A DNA stretch of 64,000 bases from Nitrospirota bacterium (GCA_963703955.1 CAVPGK010000023.1:1-64000), one strand, 5' to 3'. Shown: positions 1-9,855, numbered from the stretch's first letter. Notes: generated by a model not told the origin, from the sequence alone. A program made the numbers and translations.

Positions 1-1
1 C

Positions 2-61
2 CATCACGAGATCATGGTGCCGCTGCTCGCCGCCGCGGTGATCGAGGAGCTGGGTCGCTGA
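2..61 (+). CDS. 3' end of an upstream gene (partial), ...HHEIMVPLLAAAVIEELGR*
   Basis: Open frame from the window edge to TGA at 59-61; reads like a protein C-terminus. Confidence 0.55.
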   Translation, partial: HHEIMVPLLAAAVIEELGR

Positions 62-82
62 GTGCCGTCACGGTTTGTCTCG

Positions 83-406
83 ATGCAAGACAAACGGGAA
101 GAGTACCGAGTTCGAATTCATCGCACCGGGCAACTCCGGCGAGGCTCGGACGTTGCACCCTGTGAACTCATCGAACTGACCGAAACCGGAGTGCTTGTAC
201 AGTCAGACCTGCACGTCACGATTGGAGAAGCCGTGGACTTGGATTTTGATCTTACGCCCGACTGCCCGATCCATTGCACGATCCTGGTGACCCACGCCGC
301 GCTTCCACATTTTGGAGGGCTCATCTCATCCATCTCGCCAGAGCACCAGCAGCATGTCGCCCGGTTTATCAAGCAACTTATCGAGATCAACCTGACGGGC
401 TTCTAG
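83..406 (+). CDS. PilZ-domain protein
   Basis: N-terminal RxxxR (REEYR) and degenerate D/NxSxxG (ELTETG); about 107 aa, beta-rich. Confidence 0.65.
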   Translation: MQDKREEYRVRIHRTGQLRRGSDVAPCELIELTETGVLVQSDLHVTIGEAVDLDFDLTPDCPIHCTILVTHAALPHFGGLISSISPEHQQHVARFIKQLIEINLTGF

Positions 407-421
407 GATGAGAACGCTCAA

Positions 422-1324
422 GTGTCGGTGAGCAGCCCCGCGGGACGACACCACGAAACGCAACCGATTCTGTATCTCATCTCGGTTGTTCTCATGCTGA
501 GTTCCTTTCCTCCGGCCATTAAATACATTCTTCAACATAGTGACCTCATTCCTCTCGATTTGGCGTGCGTGCGGGTCATGATCGGGTTCCTATTTCTGAC
601 CATGATCACCCTGATGTGGGATCGCACGGAACTGTTCTTTTTGAGGCGCACGGATGTCTTGCGGCTCAGCTTACTGGGCGTGCTCGGGGTGGGGCTCTCC
701 TACGCTGTTGCGGCATGGAGCCTGTTACACACGAGTGTCACCCATTACGTGCTGATCTATAGTCTGACGCCCTCCTTCACCGCGCTGTTCAGTTTTCTCA
801 TGGGAAGGGACCAAGCCAGCATCCTGAAAGTAATGGGAATTCTCGTGTCATTTGTCGGCTGCCTGATATCCGTGTCGGAAGGCTTTCAAGGTTCGCGGGC
901 AGATTTCGGGTACGGTGACGCGCTGGCCCTCCTCTTCACCGTGATGATATCGGCCACCATCGTTTGGAGTGCCGGGATCGTGAAACGTTATGGAGCCATG
1001 GTCGCGAATACGGTGATGTTCGGAAGCAGCTTCGTGCTGTTGCTCCTGGGAACCCTCCTTTGGGGGGAACTGCCTCGCGAACACCTCTCACTGATGACCC
1101 TCTCGCTGATCATCTATATCGGAGTGGCGACCGCAGGCGTGTTCATGCTGCGCTATCTATCCCTGCAATCTGTGACTCCGGCCACCGTCGGGGCCTTCCA
1201 TAATTTGGTTCCGGTGTGCACCATTCTCCTGGCGTATGTGGTTTTCGGTGAAGCCCTTGAACCCCATACCATCATCGGTGGCGCTGCCATCCTGGCTGGT
1301 GTTGAGCTTGTTCGGAGAGCCTGA
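422..1324 (+). CDS. DMT/EamA family transporter
   Basis: 300 aa, about 10 hydrophobic segments in two repeats; P..T.L and GE motifs typical of EamA. Confidence 0.85.
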   Translation: MSVSSPAGRHHETQPILYLISVVLMLSSFPPAIKYILQHSDLIPLDLACVRVMIGFLFLTMITLMWDRTELFFLRRTDVLRLSLLGVLGVGLSYAVAAWSLLHTSVTHYVLIYSLTPSFTALFSFLMGRDQASILKVMGILVSFVGCLISVSEGFQGSRADFGYGDALALLFTVMISATIVWSAGIVKRYGAMVANTVMFGSSFVLLLLGTLLWGELPREHLSLMTLSLIIYIGVATAGVFMLRYLSLQSVTPATVGAFHNLVPVCTILLAYVVFGEALEPHTIIGGAAILAGVELVRRA

Positions 1325-1342
1325 TCCATCAGGCGGACGCTC

Positions 1343-1979
1343 ATGCAAGACCTTTTCATCGGGCAACGGACGCAGGATGAATGGAACCGGCTGAATGCCC
1401 GCTACTTTCGAGCCGCGCTCCCGGCGATTCAGATTCTCTGGAGCCGCCGCCTCACCGCGTCCGCAGGAATGTTTGTCAGCCATGTCGGGCCGCGAGCGCG
1501 TCAGGACGGCTTAGTCGATACACGACCGGCTCGCCGGCTGATCCGACTGTCGCTCCCTCTGCTCCGCGACCAACCTGAGCAAGAAATGATAGGAACGTTG
1601 GCCCATGAGATGATTCACCAGTGGCAATACGATATCCTGAAACGTCGACCGAATCATGGTCTGTGACTTTCGCCGCCTGATGGAGGCCATGAACCGCGAT
1701 GGGCTTGGCATCACGATCAGCCACTCGCTTGACGAAGCGATGCAGGCACTGGCGAAATATGCCTGGCGATGCCAGGAATGCGGTCGGGATTACCGGCGCC
1801 AACGCCGCACCATCCGTCCCGGCCGCCACCGATGCGGCGTGTGCCGCGGGAAGCTGCGAGAACTGCTCCCCGCGGAAGTTCAGAGGCACAATGTAAAAGG
1901 TAAGAACTGGGGGCCTCAGGAGAGTCGCAGTTCGGAGGAACGCTTCACACAGTTGACGCTCGACTTTTCAATCTCATGA
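1343..1979 (+). pseudogene. SprT-like Zn metalloprotease with C-terminal Zn ribbon, +1 frameshift near 1661-1666
   Basis: ORF 1343-1666 has RLTASAG, HEMIH (HExxH) and NHG; ORF 1656-1979 continues with DFRRLM and CQEC...CGVC; frames differ by 1 nt. May be a sequencing error. Confidence 0.75.
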
Positions 1980-1991
1980 GGAAGACCGAGG

Positions 1992-3144
1992 ATGGCCCGA
2001 TGGCCGCGCCAGATTGTGTTCGGCGATGTGGATGCCATGTACGCCTCATCGGCCATCGTCGCCAACCCCGCATTGGCTGACCAATTGGTAGCCGTCGGGT
2101 CATCGCCGCCCCGCGGGATCGTGACCTCCGCGAGCTATCCGGCTCGACGGTACGGGGTCCGAGCCGCCATGCCCACGGCCCACGCCTTGCAACTCTGCCC
2201 GAATCTTGTGCTCGTTCCACCTGATTTCGCGCTCTACAGGCGCATGCACCAGCGCATGCGCGAGGTGACCGACCGTCTCTTCCCCACCACCGCCTGGACG
2301 AGTATTGACGAATTTTACGCGGATACCACGGACCTGCAATCCATGCACCCCGATCCGGTCGATTTGGGTCGGCTGGTCAAGGAGGCCATTCTCGAAGACA
2401 CCGGGCTGCGCTGCACGATCGCGGTGGCCACGAGCAAGACCGTCGCCAAGGTGGCCGCCGACCACCATAAGCCGGACGGCTTAGCCGTGATCGAGCCGGG
2501 AACCGAGGCGGCATGGCTGGCTCCGCGCCCGGTCAAATCGCTGCCCGGTGTCGGTCCCAAGACGGCGGCGCAGTTGGAACCTTTGGGGATCCATCTGATC
2601 GGCGACCTACTGGACCCACGCTTTGAACCGGTCCTTCTCCGGAGATTGGGCGCCCGCCTAGCCGACCTCCAGGCTCTTGCGCAGGGCATCGATCACGAGC
2701 CGGTGGACCCGAAGCGTGATCAGAAAAGCGTCGGCCACGAGACGACCTTCGATCACGACACATCGGACCTTGCCTTTCTCGAACGAACCGTCCGAAGTTT
2801 CCTCAGTGAGTTGACCCACGATCTCCGTGTCCAGTGCCTCGCGGCAGGCGCCTTTACAATCAAGTTGAAGGACTCGACTTTCAAGATCACCACGCGGCAA
2901 CGCCATTTCCACGAAACCGCTCAATTATGACCCGCCGATGTGGCGGGTTATTCAACCGGCGCTTCGTAGTTTAGTCGCCGCGCGGACCCGCTACCGGCTC
3001 GTCGGCCTTGCTCTATCGGACCTCGTTCCGGCGAGCGGGACGTTGTTCGACCAACAAACAACAAAGGCCATGGCCGCCATGGACGCGATCATCGAAAAGC
3101 ACGGGACAGGGGTGATGCGGTTGGGCGGGATTCCGGAGGAATGA
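1992..3144 (+). pseudogene. dinB: DNA polymerase IV (Y-family), +1 frameshift near 2914-2916
   Basis: DVDAMYAS, SYPARRYGV, SIDE, KPDG and LPGVG motifs; the little-finger remainder (YRLVGL...MDAI..KHG) lies in ORF 2938-3144; extra A in gaaa, possibly a sequencing error. Confidence 0.85.
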
Positions 3145-3336
3145 AGAATAAGGTGGCCTTGGCTGGTGAAGGGCGGCTTGACGAGCTGAAGTGAAATGGG
3201 TGCACGTATCTGGACTTGTGGGTTGATGATCTGGCGAGTCGGGTGGGACGCAGGGGAGGAGGCTTTGGTTAGAGGGAATACGTGTGATCCGGATAGCCAT
3301 GGTTATCAACAGATGTTTTTGGCCGCGTTACTCTTG

Positions 3337-3361
3337 ACCGGCGGTTAAGGAAACCGCCGGT
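3337..3361. terminator. Perfect 10-bp hairpin between convergent dinB and tyrosinase (possible terminator or REP-like element)
   Basis: accggcggtt-aagga-aaccgccggt; no long U tract. Confidence 0.35.
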
Positions 3362-3550
3362 TGTGATTGTCTTTCGTTCAAGCGTTCTCGTGCCGCCCGC
3401 GGCCACGGCGATCACACCGGTGAGCCCCTCCACGGGGATGGGTATCGGCTGATCCAGCTCCGCCGCGTTGTCGCCTGACCGCCCGAAAGCATCGCTCCGC
3501 CAGGCCCAGACCGTCCTAAGGCTCGCTTTTACTTTCGCCTGTCTTTTTCA

Positions 3551-5005
3551 TCATTGACTTTCCTCAAACGTGAGAGTGACTTGCTCGACCGAGACCTTGG
3601 CATCGGAGCGAATCGGCAATCGCTTTTCGTCTCGTGACACCAGCCCGGTCGGCACGAGCGTAAACGAGAGCTTTTCTTGCTGCTGGAGATTTTTTAGGCT
3701 TTTTACCGCTCTGGTAACATTGACGTTGAATTTCAATTCTTCCTTTTCGCCCCGCTGCGTCGGATGTTTTTGATCTGCCCCGAAAAATGAAAGGTTTCCC
3801 GCATAGCTTTCCATCGTGTAATGCGGTTCAGTGTTTTCGGGCAGGTTCAAATAAACTTCATAGAAAAAGTCGACAGGTTTGTCGGCTTTCACACCTTCAA
3901 AGTTGAGCCTGAATCGCACTTCCTCTTCCGGTTTCACGGCTTTTAAGGCGCGCGCAAACGCGTCTTTGGCTTTGTCGTTCAAATCGATCTCGAAGCTCAA
4001 GCGCCGGGTATCGAGAACCAGCTGTTTTCTGTAATGGCCGATAAGAATGTCCATAAAACGACTCCCTTCGGTGGCGACATCCCAGATAGTGAAAACAGCT
4101 TCCTCATCGTAACAAGACCGGCACCCGCACACGTTGGGATTTAAGAGATCCGCACCGGTAAATTGCACTTGCTGACCGTTCTCATCAAAAAAGGTGAATT
4201 TCGTAGTGTGCCAGGCTGTGTCGGTAACCGGCGGATTAGCGCGCCCGCCGCCGCCATCCAGCCAGCGGTTCCACAAACGATCGATGTTGCAGTGATGCAG
4301 CCAGAAAATCGGGTCTTGACCGGCAGTCTCAAATTGGCCCATCCAGCCGCCGATTCCAACGTGAACCGCGCCGTGCGGCGTTCCGTTGATGTTACCGCTG
4401 AACGGATAAAAACCGACCGGACCCGGAATCACCGAGGCAAGGCTAACGGCGGATGCCGAAAGCTGTCCCGTCCCGGCGTTGATAGCCGCATTGCGCACGG
4501 AATTGAATAACGGATTCGATGCATTTGCCGGGCTCCGGAAAGCAGCCGGCAGAAAGCGGGCGTTCGCGTCGGTGGCATCGCTGTAGTTCCAATACGGCAA
4601 TCCTAAACCCGGCATGCCGGAGGCTTTTCGTAAAATCCTTTCAAAAAAACAAACATACATCCGGTGCCACGACATAAAGAACGTAATGTTATGCTGACAG
4701 GTATTCCATGCCGTTTGGACAGGCGTTGTGAAAGTTCCGTGAATGGCTGCCTGATATGCCCAACTGGTCGGGTTGGTCGCCGGACGCGCTTTCATAACCG
4801 CCACGCCATTCTTGAAAGCCGTTAACTCGGCAGCCGTCAGATTCTTGAATTTTTTTCTGACAATCGCGCCGGCATCCTTGCATCGTCTCTGAAAGAGAAA
4901 CGGCTTCAAGACCTGCGCGTCAACTGACGAACCAATTAGCGAAAGACCAGCAACGATGCCGATACTTTTGATAAAGTCACGGCGCGAAAAGCTTGTTACT
5001 TCCAT
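3551..5005 (-). CDS. Tat-exported tyrosinase/polyphenol oxidase (type-3 copper protein) with C-terminal domain
   Basis: RBS ggaggaggg before ATG 5005; SRRDFIK twin-arginine signal; CuA (IHG, CQH, FMSWHR) and CuB (PHGAVH, DPIFWLHHCNIDRLW) motifs. Confidence 0.9.
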   Translation of the reverse strand: MEVTSFSRRDFIKSIGIVAGLSLIGSSVDAQVLKPFLFQRRCKDAGAIVRKKFKNLTAAELTAFKNGVAVMKARPATNPTSWAYQAAIHGTFTTPVQTAWNTCQHNITFFMSWHRMYVCFFERILRKASGMPGLGLPYWNYSDATDANARFLPAAFRSPANASNPLFNSVRNAAINAGTGQLSASAVSLASVIPGPVGFYPFSGNINGTPHGAVHVGIGGWMGQFETAGQDPIFWLHHCNIDRLWNRWLDGGGGRANPPVTDTAWHTTKFTFFDENGQQVQFTGADLLNPNVCGCRSCYDEEAVFTIWDVATEGSRFMDILIGHYRKQLVLDTRRLSFEIDLNDKAKDAFARALKAVKPEEEVRFRLNFEGVKADKPVDFFYEVYLNLPENTEPHYTMESYAGNLSFFGADQKHPTQRGEKEELKFNVNVTRAVKSLKNLQQQEKLSFTLVPTGLVSRDEKRLPIRSDAKVSVEQVTLTFEESQ

Positions 5006-5161
5006 TTTCCCTCCTCCTAATGTTTTATGGATTCTTAAGCCAATTGTTTTGCTTATCGCGATAGCCACTGAACTATTCAGTATACTGACCGGTATATCCC
5101 GCTCCTGCAAGACTGGGAGCGATTGCGCGATTCTCATCTCCCTTCGACGGCATGTCAAGGA

Positions 5162-5211
5162 TCTCCACAGCGCAGGGCTGGCGCGCTATACAGACCGGCA
5201 TAGTTCCGTTA
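5162..5211 (-). promoter_or_regulatory. Repeated intergenic motif, copy 1 (core CGGAACTATGCCGGTC at 5193-5208)
   Basis: About 50 nt similar to 50836-50887; core also at 53819-53834. Confidence 0.5.
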
Positions 5212-5439
5212 TACGTGCGAAGGACTCAAGTCTCTCCTCTCTCACTGTAACCTAACTATCGGGAGCGATCGTGTTTGACAGGGACGGAATTGGATCAAAC
5301 ACTCTACAACGTGTTGTGGCGATGTGATGGCGGTAGATGGTTTTGTTCGGACAAGAGTAGCGACGCGTTGCAGCGCAAAAAGTTCCATCGCTTACCCTGA
5401 TTCCCCATGGGTATGGTATAACCAACGGGCGTGTAAGGA

Positions 5440-6678
5440 ATGGATCTCCTTCCTATCCTCCAAGAACTTCCCATCGAACACCTCTTGCTGGGTGTTTCTA
5501 CCCTGCTGATCCTGAGCGTGTTCGCCAGCCAGGCGTCACGGCAGATCGGGATTCCTGCACTCCTCCTGTTCCTCCTCATGGGGATGCTGTCGGGTTCCGA
5601 AGGACTGGGCGGTATCGAATTCGACAATCCGCGGCTCGCGCAATCCTTGGGCGTGGTGGCCTTGGCGCTGATTTTGTTCTCCGGTGGCCTGGATACGAAT
5701 TGGCAGCGGATTCGCCCCGTGGTCTGGAAAGGATTGGCACTGTCTACCTTCGGGGTGTGTCTCACCGCCGGGCTCGTCGCTGGGTTCTCCGTCTGGTTCT
5801 TGGAATTTGTCCCACTGGACGGCTTGCTGCTGGGTGCCATCGTCTCGTCGACCGATGCGGCGGCAGTGTTTGCCGTGCTGCGCGCGCGGCACGTCCGGCT
5901 CGGAGGCCAGCTTACCCCACTTCTCGAATTGGAGTCGGGGAGTAATGACCCGATGGCCGTTTTTCTCACCGTGGGTCTGATCGGTGTCTTGACTCAGACA
6001 TCCACTCCGCTCGGTATGGTATCGATGTTTTTCCGCCAGATGATCCTCGGCGCACTGATCGGCTACAGCATGGGGATCTGTATGGCCGCACTTGTTCGGC
6101 ATCTTCGCCTGGAATACGAAGGGCTCTACGCAGTTCTGAGCCTTGCCATCGCGCTGTTCACCTACGGGTTCACAGCGTCGGTGGGGGGCAACGGGTTTCT
6201 CGCTGTGTATCTGGCGGCATTGACGGTGGGGGACCAGGGCATCAAGCAACTTGATTATTTTCGCCGGTTTCATGAGGGACAGGCATGGGTGATGCAGATT
6301 CTGATGTTTTTCACCCTGGGGCTGCAGGTCTTCCCCTCTCAGATTATTCCGGTCATGGGCGTCGGCATCATTCTTTCCATCTTCCTGATGTTCCTAGCCC
6401 GGCCCGCCGCCGTCCTTGTGACCCTGCTTCCCACGGACCTGACCTTCAAGGAGAAGCTGATGGTCGGCTGGGGAGGTCTGCGAGGAGCGGTGCCGATTAT
6501 TCTCGCTACCTTCCCGCTGACCGCCGGACTGACGCAAGCGAAAACAATCTTTAACTTGGTGTTCTTCATCGTCGTGACTTCGGTCTTGCTCCAAGGCACC
6601 TCGCTGCCACTCGTGGCCCGCTGGCTTGGCCTGTCGAGCGCGGAGTTGCGTCCTGTTCCTGCGACGGGGAACGGATGA
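5440..6678 (+). CDS. K+/H+ antiporter (NhaP2/CvrA-like, CPA1), membrane domain only
   Basis: STDAAAVF, LELESGSNDPMA and GLRGAVPIILA motifs. Confidence 0.9.
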   Translation: MDLLPILQELPIEHLLLGVSTLLILSVFASQASRQIGIPALLLFLLMGMLSGSEGLGGIEFDNPRLAQSLGVVALALILFSGGLDTNWQRIRPVVWKGLALSTFGVCLTAGLVAGFSVWFLEFVPLDGLLLGAIVSSTDAAAVFAVLRARHVRLGGQLTPLLELESGSNDPMAVFLTVGLIGVLTQTSTPLGMVSMFFRQMILGALIGYSMGICMAALVRHLRLEYEGLYAVLSLAIALFTYGFTASVGGNGFLAVYLAALTVGDQGIKQLDYFRRFHEGQAWVMQILMFFTLGLQVFPSQIIPVMGVGIILSIFLMFLARPAAVLVTLLPTDLTFKEKLMVGWGGLRGAVPIILATFPLTAGLTQAKTIFNLVFFIVVTSVLLQGTSLPLVARWLGLSSAELRPVPATGNG

Positions 6679-6820
6679 TCTAGGAAAGCGGCGGGACGGA
6701 GGATTTTGGTTGCTAGGCAGAAGGCCAGAACGGTTGACTGCATCGGACGTGGCATAGAGGAAGAAAGAGGCCAAGGGGAAGCTCTGTAGCAACACGTTCC
6801 AGCGTGAAAAACTCCAGGAC

Positions 6821-7222
6821 TCACCCTGCCTCTCCATCGGAGGGAATGGGAAGTCCCACTGTATCGCGTTGTGGTGCGTTTGGCGGGCTGTCTTGAGCAA
6901 GTTGCGGCTTCGTCAATAGATCGCGCAGGCTTTCGACCTGTTTCGATCGCCGCTCTAGCCCGAGCTGGATCATATACCTGGCCAAGGCATCGGCCAATTG
7001 TTGGCGTTGGAGAACCACCGTCAGGACGGTTCGCTTTCGGTGATTCACAAGAGAAGGTTGTTTGACTAGCCAGGCGTCAATGCTGTCGAGCAGCAACTTC
7101 GACTTCACCGCCAAGTCGACGATCTGCCGTTGCTGGGTGGAAGTCTGTTCGATGCCGCCCAAGTCGTTCAGGAGACTGTGACGCCAATCTTCTGGAGTTA
7201 CTGCTAACGTGAGGGGGGTCAC
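6821..7222 (-). pseudogene. Probable remnant of a phage/integrative-element hypothetical gene (5' end unclear)
   Basis: Helical protein-like core DLGG...STQQRQIVDLAVKSKLLLDSIDAWL...QLGLERR next to att-like scars; family recognised from memory only. Confidence 0.4.
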
Positions 7223-7358
7223 TACTACGCAGCCAAAACCCTAACATCAATGGAGAACGACAACGGATTTCTTTCCATATCGAGGAAAATCCCGTTGGGG
7301 ACACCATCGTTTTCCCCGCTTAGAAAACGTCGCTGCTGAAAATTTCTACCTCACTCAT

Positions 7359-7491
7359 CTGCTACCACGCTGCTACCAGGACAGGACAAACCAGCCCCAT
7401 CTGGACCAATGTCGGGGGTATCCTCCTTTGTGGTTTCTTGTGGGGTTAGGTTGTCTGAGGTTGGGTTATGGGCATTTTGTAAACCGCCGGT
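7359..7491 (+). mobile_element. att-site scar 1: arm-type direct repeats plus tRNA-Thr(TGT)-like anticodon fragment
   Basis: ctgctacca twice (7359, 7370; period 11); ttttgtaaaccgccggt at 7475-7491. Confidence 0.5.
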
Positions 7492-7531
7492 AGATTCCAA
7501 TTCCCTTCCGGAACGCAGAGAGCTACAGGGC

Positions 7532-7677
7532 TGTGCTCATTTTGTGCTCAACGCCACCACTCTATGTGCCATTCCAGGCAACTCCAGCTAAGATAGCGTT
7601 TTAATCTGACTCTCTAATGATGTAGATTGGGCTAGAGTTGGAAGCCGGACATGTTTTTCCTAACCCGCGTGCCGGAG
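7532..7677 (+). mobile_element. att-site scar 2: arm-type direct repeats plus tRNA-Arg(CCT)-like fragment
   Basis: tgtgctca twice (7532, 7543; period 11); tttcctaacccgcgtgccggag at about 7656-7677. Confidence 0.4.
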
Positions 7678-7761
7678 ATGGCCTACGAAATGATAGGACC
7701 CAGGTTAAGCCGAGCGTGAATGCCAGGCATTGATCATACGACCCACAGAAAGGAGCCAGCC

Positions 7762-8067
7762 ATGAATCTCAAACGTAACCTGATTCTCGCACTTGTCACA
7801 GGAATGCTCATGCTGGGCCTGCAGGCCCTGGCTGCTGAGGAGAAAGTCACGCTCGCGCTGGGTGGGAAATTCTGCGAGTTTTATCCGGATGCGGTCCAAG
7901 AAGCCTTGCAGAAAGTGCCGGGCGTGACCGCCGTGGACCTCAAGAGCAAGAAAGGCCACGCCGTCGTGACGGGAGAAGCAGGCAAGATGAAGCCCGACCA
8001 GTTGGCGACCGCGGTCAATGGGGTCAAGGGAGATGGCTGGCACTGCAAGGCGGAGGTCAAGAAATAG
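7762..8067 (+). CDS. Secreted heavy-metal-associated (HMA-like) domain protein
   Basis: RBS aaggag; signal peptide ending ALA-A; HMA-like G.FC...V..AL..VPGV..V.L pattern. Confidence 0.75.
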   Translation: MNLKRNLILALVTGMLMLGLQALAAEEKVTLALGGKFCEFYPDAVQEALQKVPGVTAVDLKSKKGHAVVTGEAGKMKPDQLATAVNGVKGDGWHCKAEVKK

Positions 8068-8097
8068 CTGCTGCACTACAACGAATGTACGACCCCG

Positions 8098-8358
8098 TTA
8101 CTTGTCTTTGTCCTTATGTCCTTTCATGACCTTGTTCACGGCATCGACGGTCGCGTTGGCGGCTTTCGAAAGGCCTTTGCTCAGTTCATGGCCGGCTTCC
8201 TTGATCTTATCCGTGGCGTGGGGGACGGATTTGGAAGAATCTTTCTCCCGCGATGATCCGTCCTTATTCTTCGCATTCTCCGCCATGGCCGGTGAGACAC
8301 CGATACTGAAGGCCAGCAGAACAGCCGCCATGGTGTTACATTGAGTGCGATGTGTCAT
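8098..8358 (-). CDS. Small secreted Lys-rich hypothetical protein
   Basis: Signal-like VLLAFSIGVSPAMA followed by a hydrophilic helical tail; start uncertain. Confidence 0.55.
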   Translation of the reverse strand: MTHRTQCNTMAAVLLAFSIGVSPAMAENAKNKDGSSREKDSSKSVPHATDKIKEAGHELSKGLSKAANATVDAVNKVMKGHKDKDK

Positions 8359-8427
8359 GGTTGAACCTCGGTGCCTGCAAGCTGAGTATAGCATCTGCCG
8401 ACTCCATTTCTCATTGAAGCCACGTTC

Positions 8428-9210
8428 ATGACCACACGCTGGCCTCTTCCACAAAAGGACTACTGGTCGACTCCGTTTGCCGAGGTCCTCCTACAACAGT
8501 TTGACCTCTGTTACGGCGGGACGATTTTGGATGTCGCCTGCGGGTCCGGCATTCCCGCATTCTATTTGGCGGAGCAGGTGGGCCCGACCGGGCAGGTGCT
8601 GGGGATCGATCTCAGCGCGCATCAGGTCGCAAGAGCCCGTATGATTCAAGGCCCACACCTTCCCTGGCTCACGTTCCAATGCCTGGATATGCGCACGCTG
8701 CCCGCAACGCTTCCGCACTTCGATCGAATCACCGGCAATCTGTCGGTCATGTTCTTCCGCCCCGACCGATTGGAAACCCTTCGTGGCCTCGCGGCTCATC
8801 TCAAGCCAGGCGGTCAACTCGTGTTGACGTTCCCCTCCCTGGGAACATTTGACTCGCTCTGGCGCCGGATCGATCAGGAAATGGCCACACGCGGCCTGGA
8901 GGCAGAACGGCGCGCACTGGCCGCCTACGTGGCCGAGCGGCCTTCAGCTCACGACGCACGCCAATGGCTGGAGAGACTGGGATTCGACCGGATCAAGGTC
9001 ATGGAGCAGCCGCTGGAAGTCGCCACGGGATCAGGAGCGGCGTTCTTACATCATCCACTGCTGCGCGGCGGATTCCTCGATGACGTGTACGAATGCTTTT
9101 GCGATCAGGCCCTCGCCGACGCGGTCATGACGGCGGTTGCAGAAGACCTTCCCAGCTTCATGCCGTTGCTCGCTCAACGTTGCGTCATGTCGGGATGGCG
9201 CGGTTGCTAG
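8428..9210 (+). CDS. Class I SAM-dependent methyltransferase
   Basis: ILDVACGSG motif I, GIDLS, LKPGG. Confidence 0.85.
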   Translation: MTTRWPLPQKDYWSTPFAEVLLQQFDLCYGGTILDVACGSGIPAFYLAEQVGPTGQVLGIDLSAHQVARARMIQGPHLPWLTFQCLDMRTLPATLPHFDRITGNLSVMFFRPDRLETLRGLAAHLKPGGQLVLTFPSLGTFDSLWRRIDQEMATRGLEAERRALAAYVAERPSAHDARQWLERLGFDRIKVMEQPLEVATGSGAAFLHHPLLRGGFLDDVYECFCDQALADAVMTAVAEDLPSFMPLLAQRCVMSGWRGC

Positions 9211-9222
9211 GGGTCAAGGGGG

Positions 9223-9543
9223 TTAGGGTTCAGCCAGGTCGATGACGTAGCGATGATGGCCGCTCGTGGACGTACTTGCTTCGTGAACACGATAGGGTGG
9301 GATGTCAGCCTGCAATCGTTTAATGAGGCGTGGCATCAACACGCCTTCTTCCAGCTCGCACAGCCAGACGTGCATGCCCGTCTCCAGTTCCTCGTAACGC
9401 CGGCTGACGTGAAAGCGCGGGTCCTCCATATAATAGGCGGAGAGCCATCCCGTCACGGCATTGACCACCCAGGGATGCGCTTGCGCGTACCGATGACTCA
9501 CCCCGAGTTCGACGTGGGTCGTACCCGACGGCTCCATGACCAT
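9223..9543 (-). CDS. Hypothetical protein (106 aa)
   Basis: Protein-like composition; ATG directly abuts the stop of the upstream small ORF. Confidence 0.6.
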   Translation of the reverse strand: MVMEPSGTTHVELGVSHRYAQAHPWVVNAVTGWLSAYYMEDPRFHVSRRYEELETGMHVWLCELEEGVLMPRLIKRLQADIPPYRVHEASTSTSGHHRYVIDLAEP

Positions 9544-9717
9544 TCACCGCCCCGGCGGCCGGACCGAATTCAGGAACGCCTCGACTTCCTGAATCACCAC
9601 GGCCTGTTCATCCGGCGTCAGCTTATCCCAGTGTTCTCTGAGCGGCTCGAAATACCGCCGGATGGAGGTATACAGACTGTAGGCCTTAGACCCTTTTTCA
9701 TCACCGGCATCAGCCAT
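9544..9717 (-). CDS. Small hypothetical protein (57 aa), absent from the ORF track
   Basis: MADAGDEKGSKAYSLYTSIRRYFEPLREHWDKLTPDEQAVVIQEVEAFLNSVRPPGR*; TGA-ATG junction with the next gene. Confidence 0.55.
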   Translation of the reverse strand: MADAGDEKGSKAYSLYTSIRRYFEPLREHWDKLTPDEQAVVIQEVEAFLNSVRPPGR

Positions 9718-9855
9718 GAGGCGTTCCTTCCGTACAGCAGTGTAGTGAATTCGCTGGTTGGGGACAAGCGCCTTGAGGCCCTACAGGCTGGCATCGCATG
9801 TCGATGCGACTCGAATGGCTAGGATTTTCTCCCCGCCTAAGGGTAAGATGTCGCG

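Noticed and set aside
1661..1666. Selenocysteine read-through of the TGA in sprT
   Set aside because: The continuation is in a different frame, so this is a frameshift and not an in-frame UGA
7470..7680. Intact tRNA genes
   Set aside because: Only anticodon-arm-like fragments; no D-arm, T-loop GTTCGA or acceptor stem
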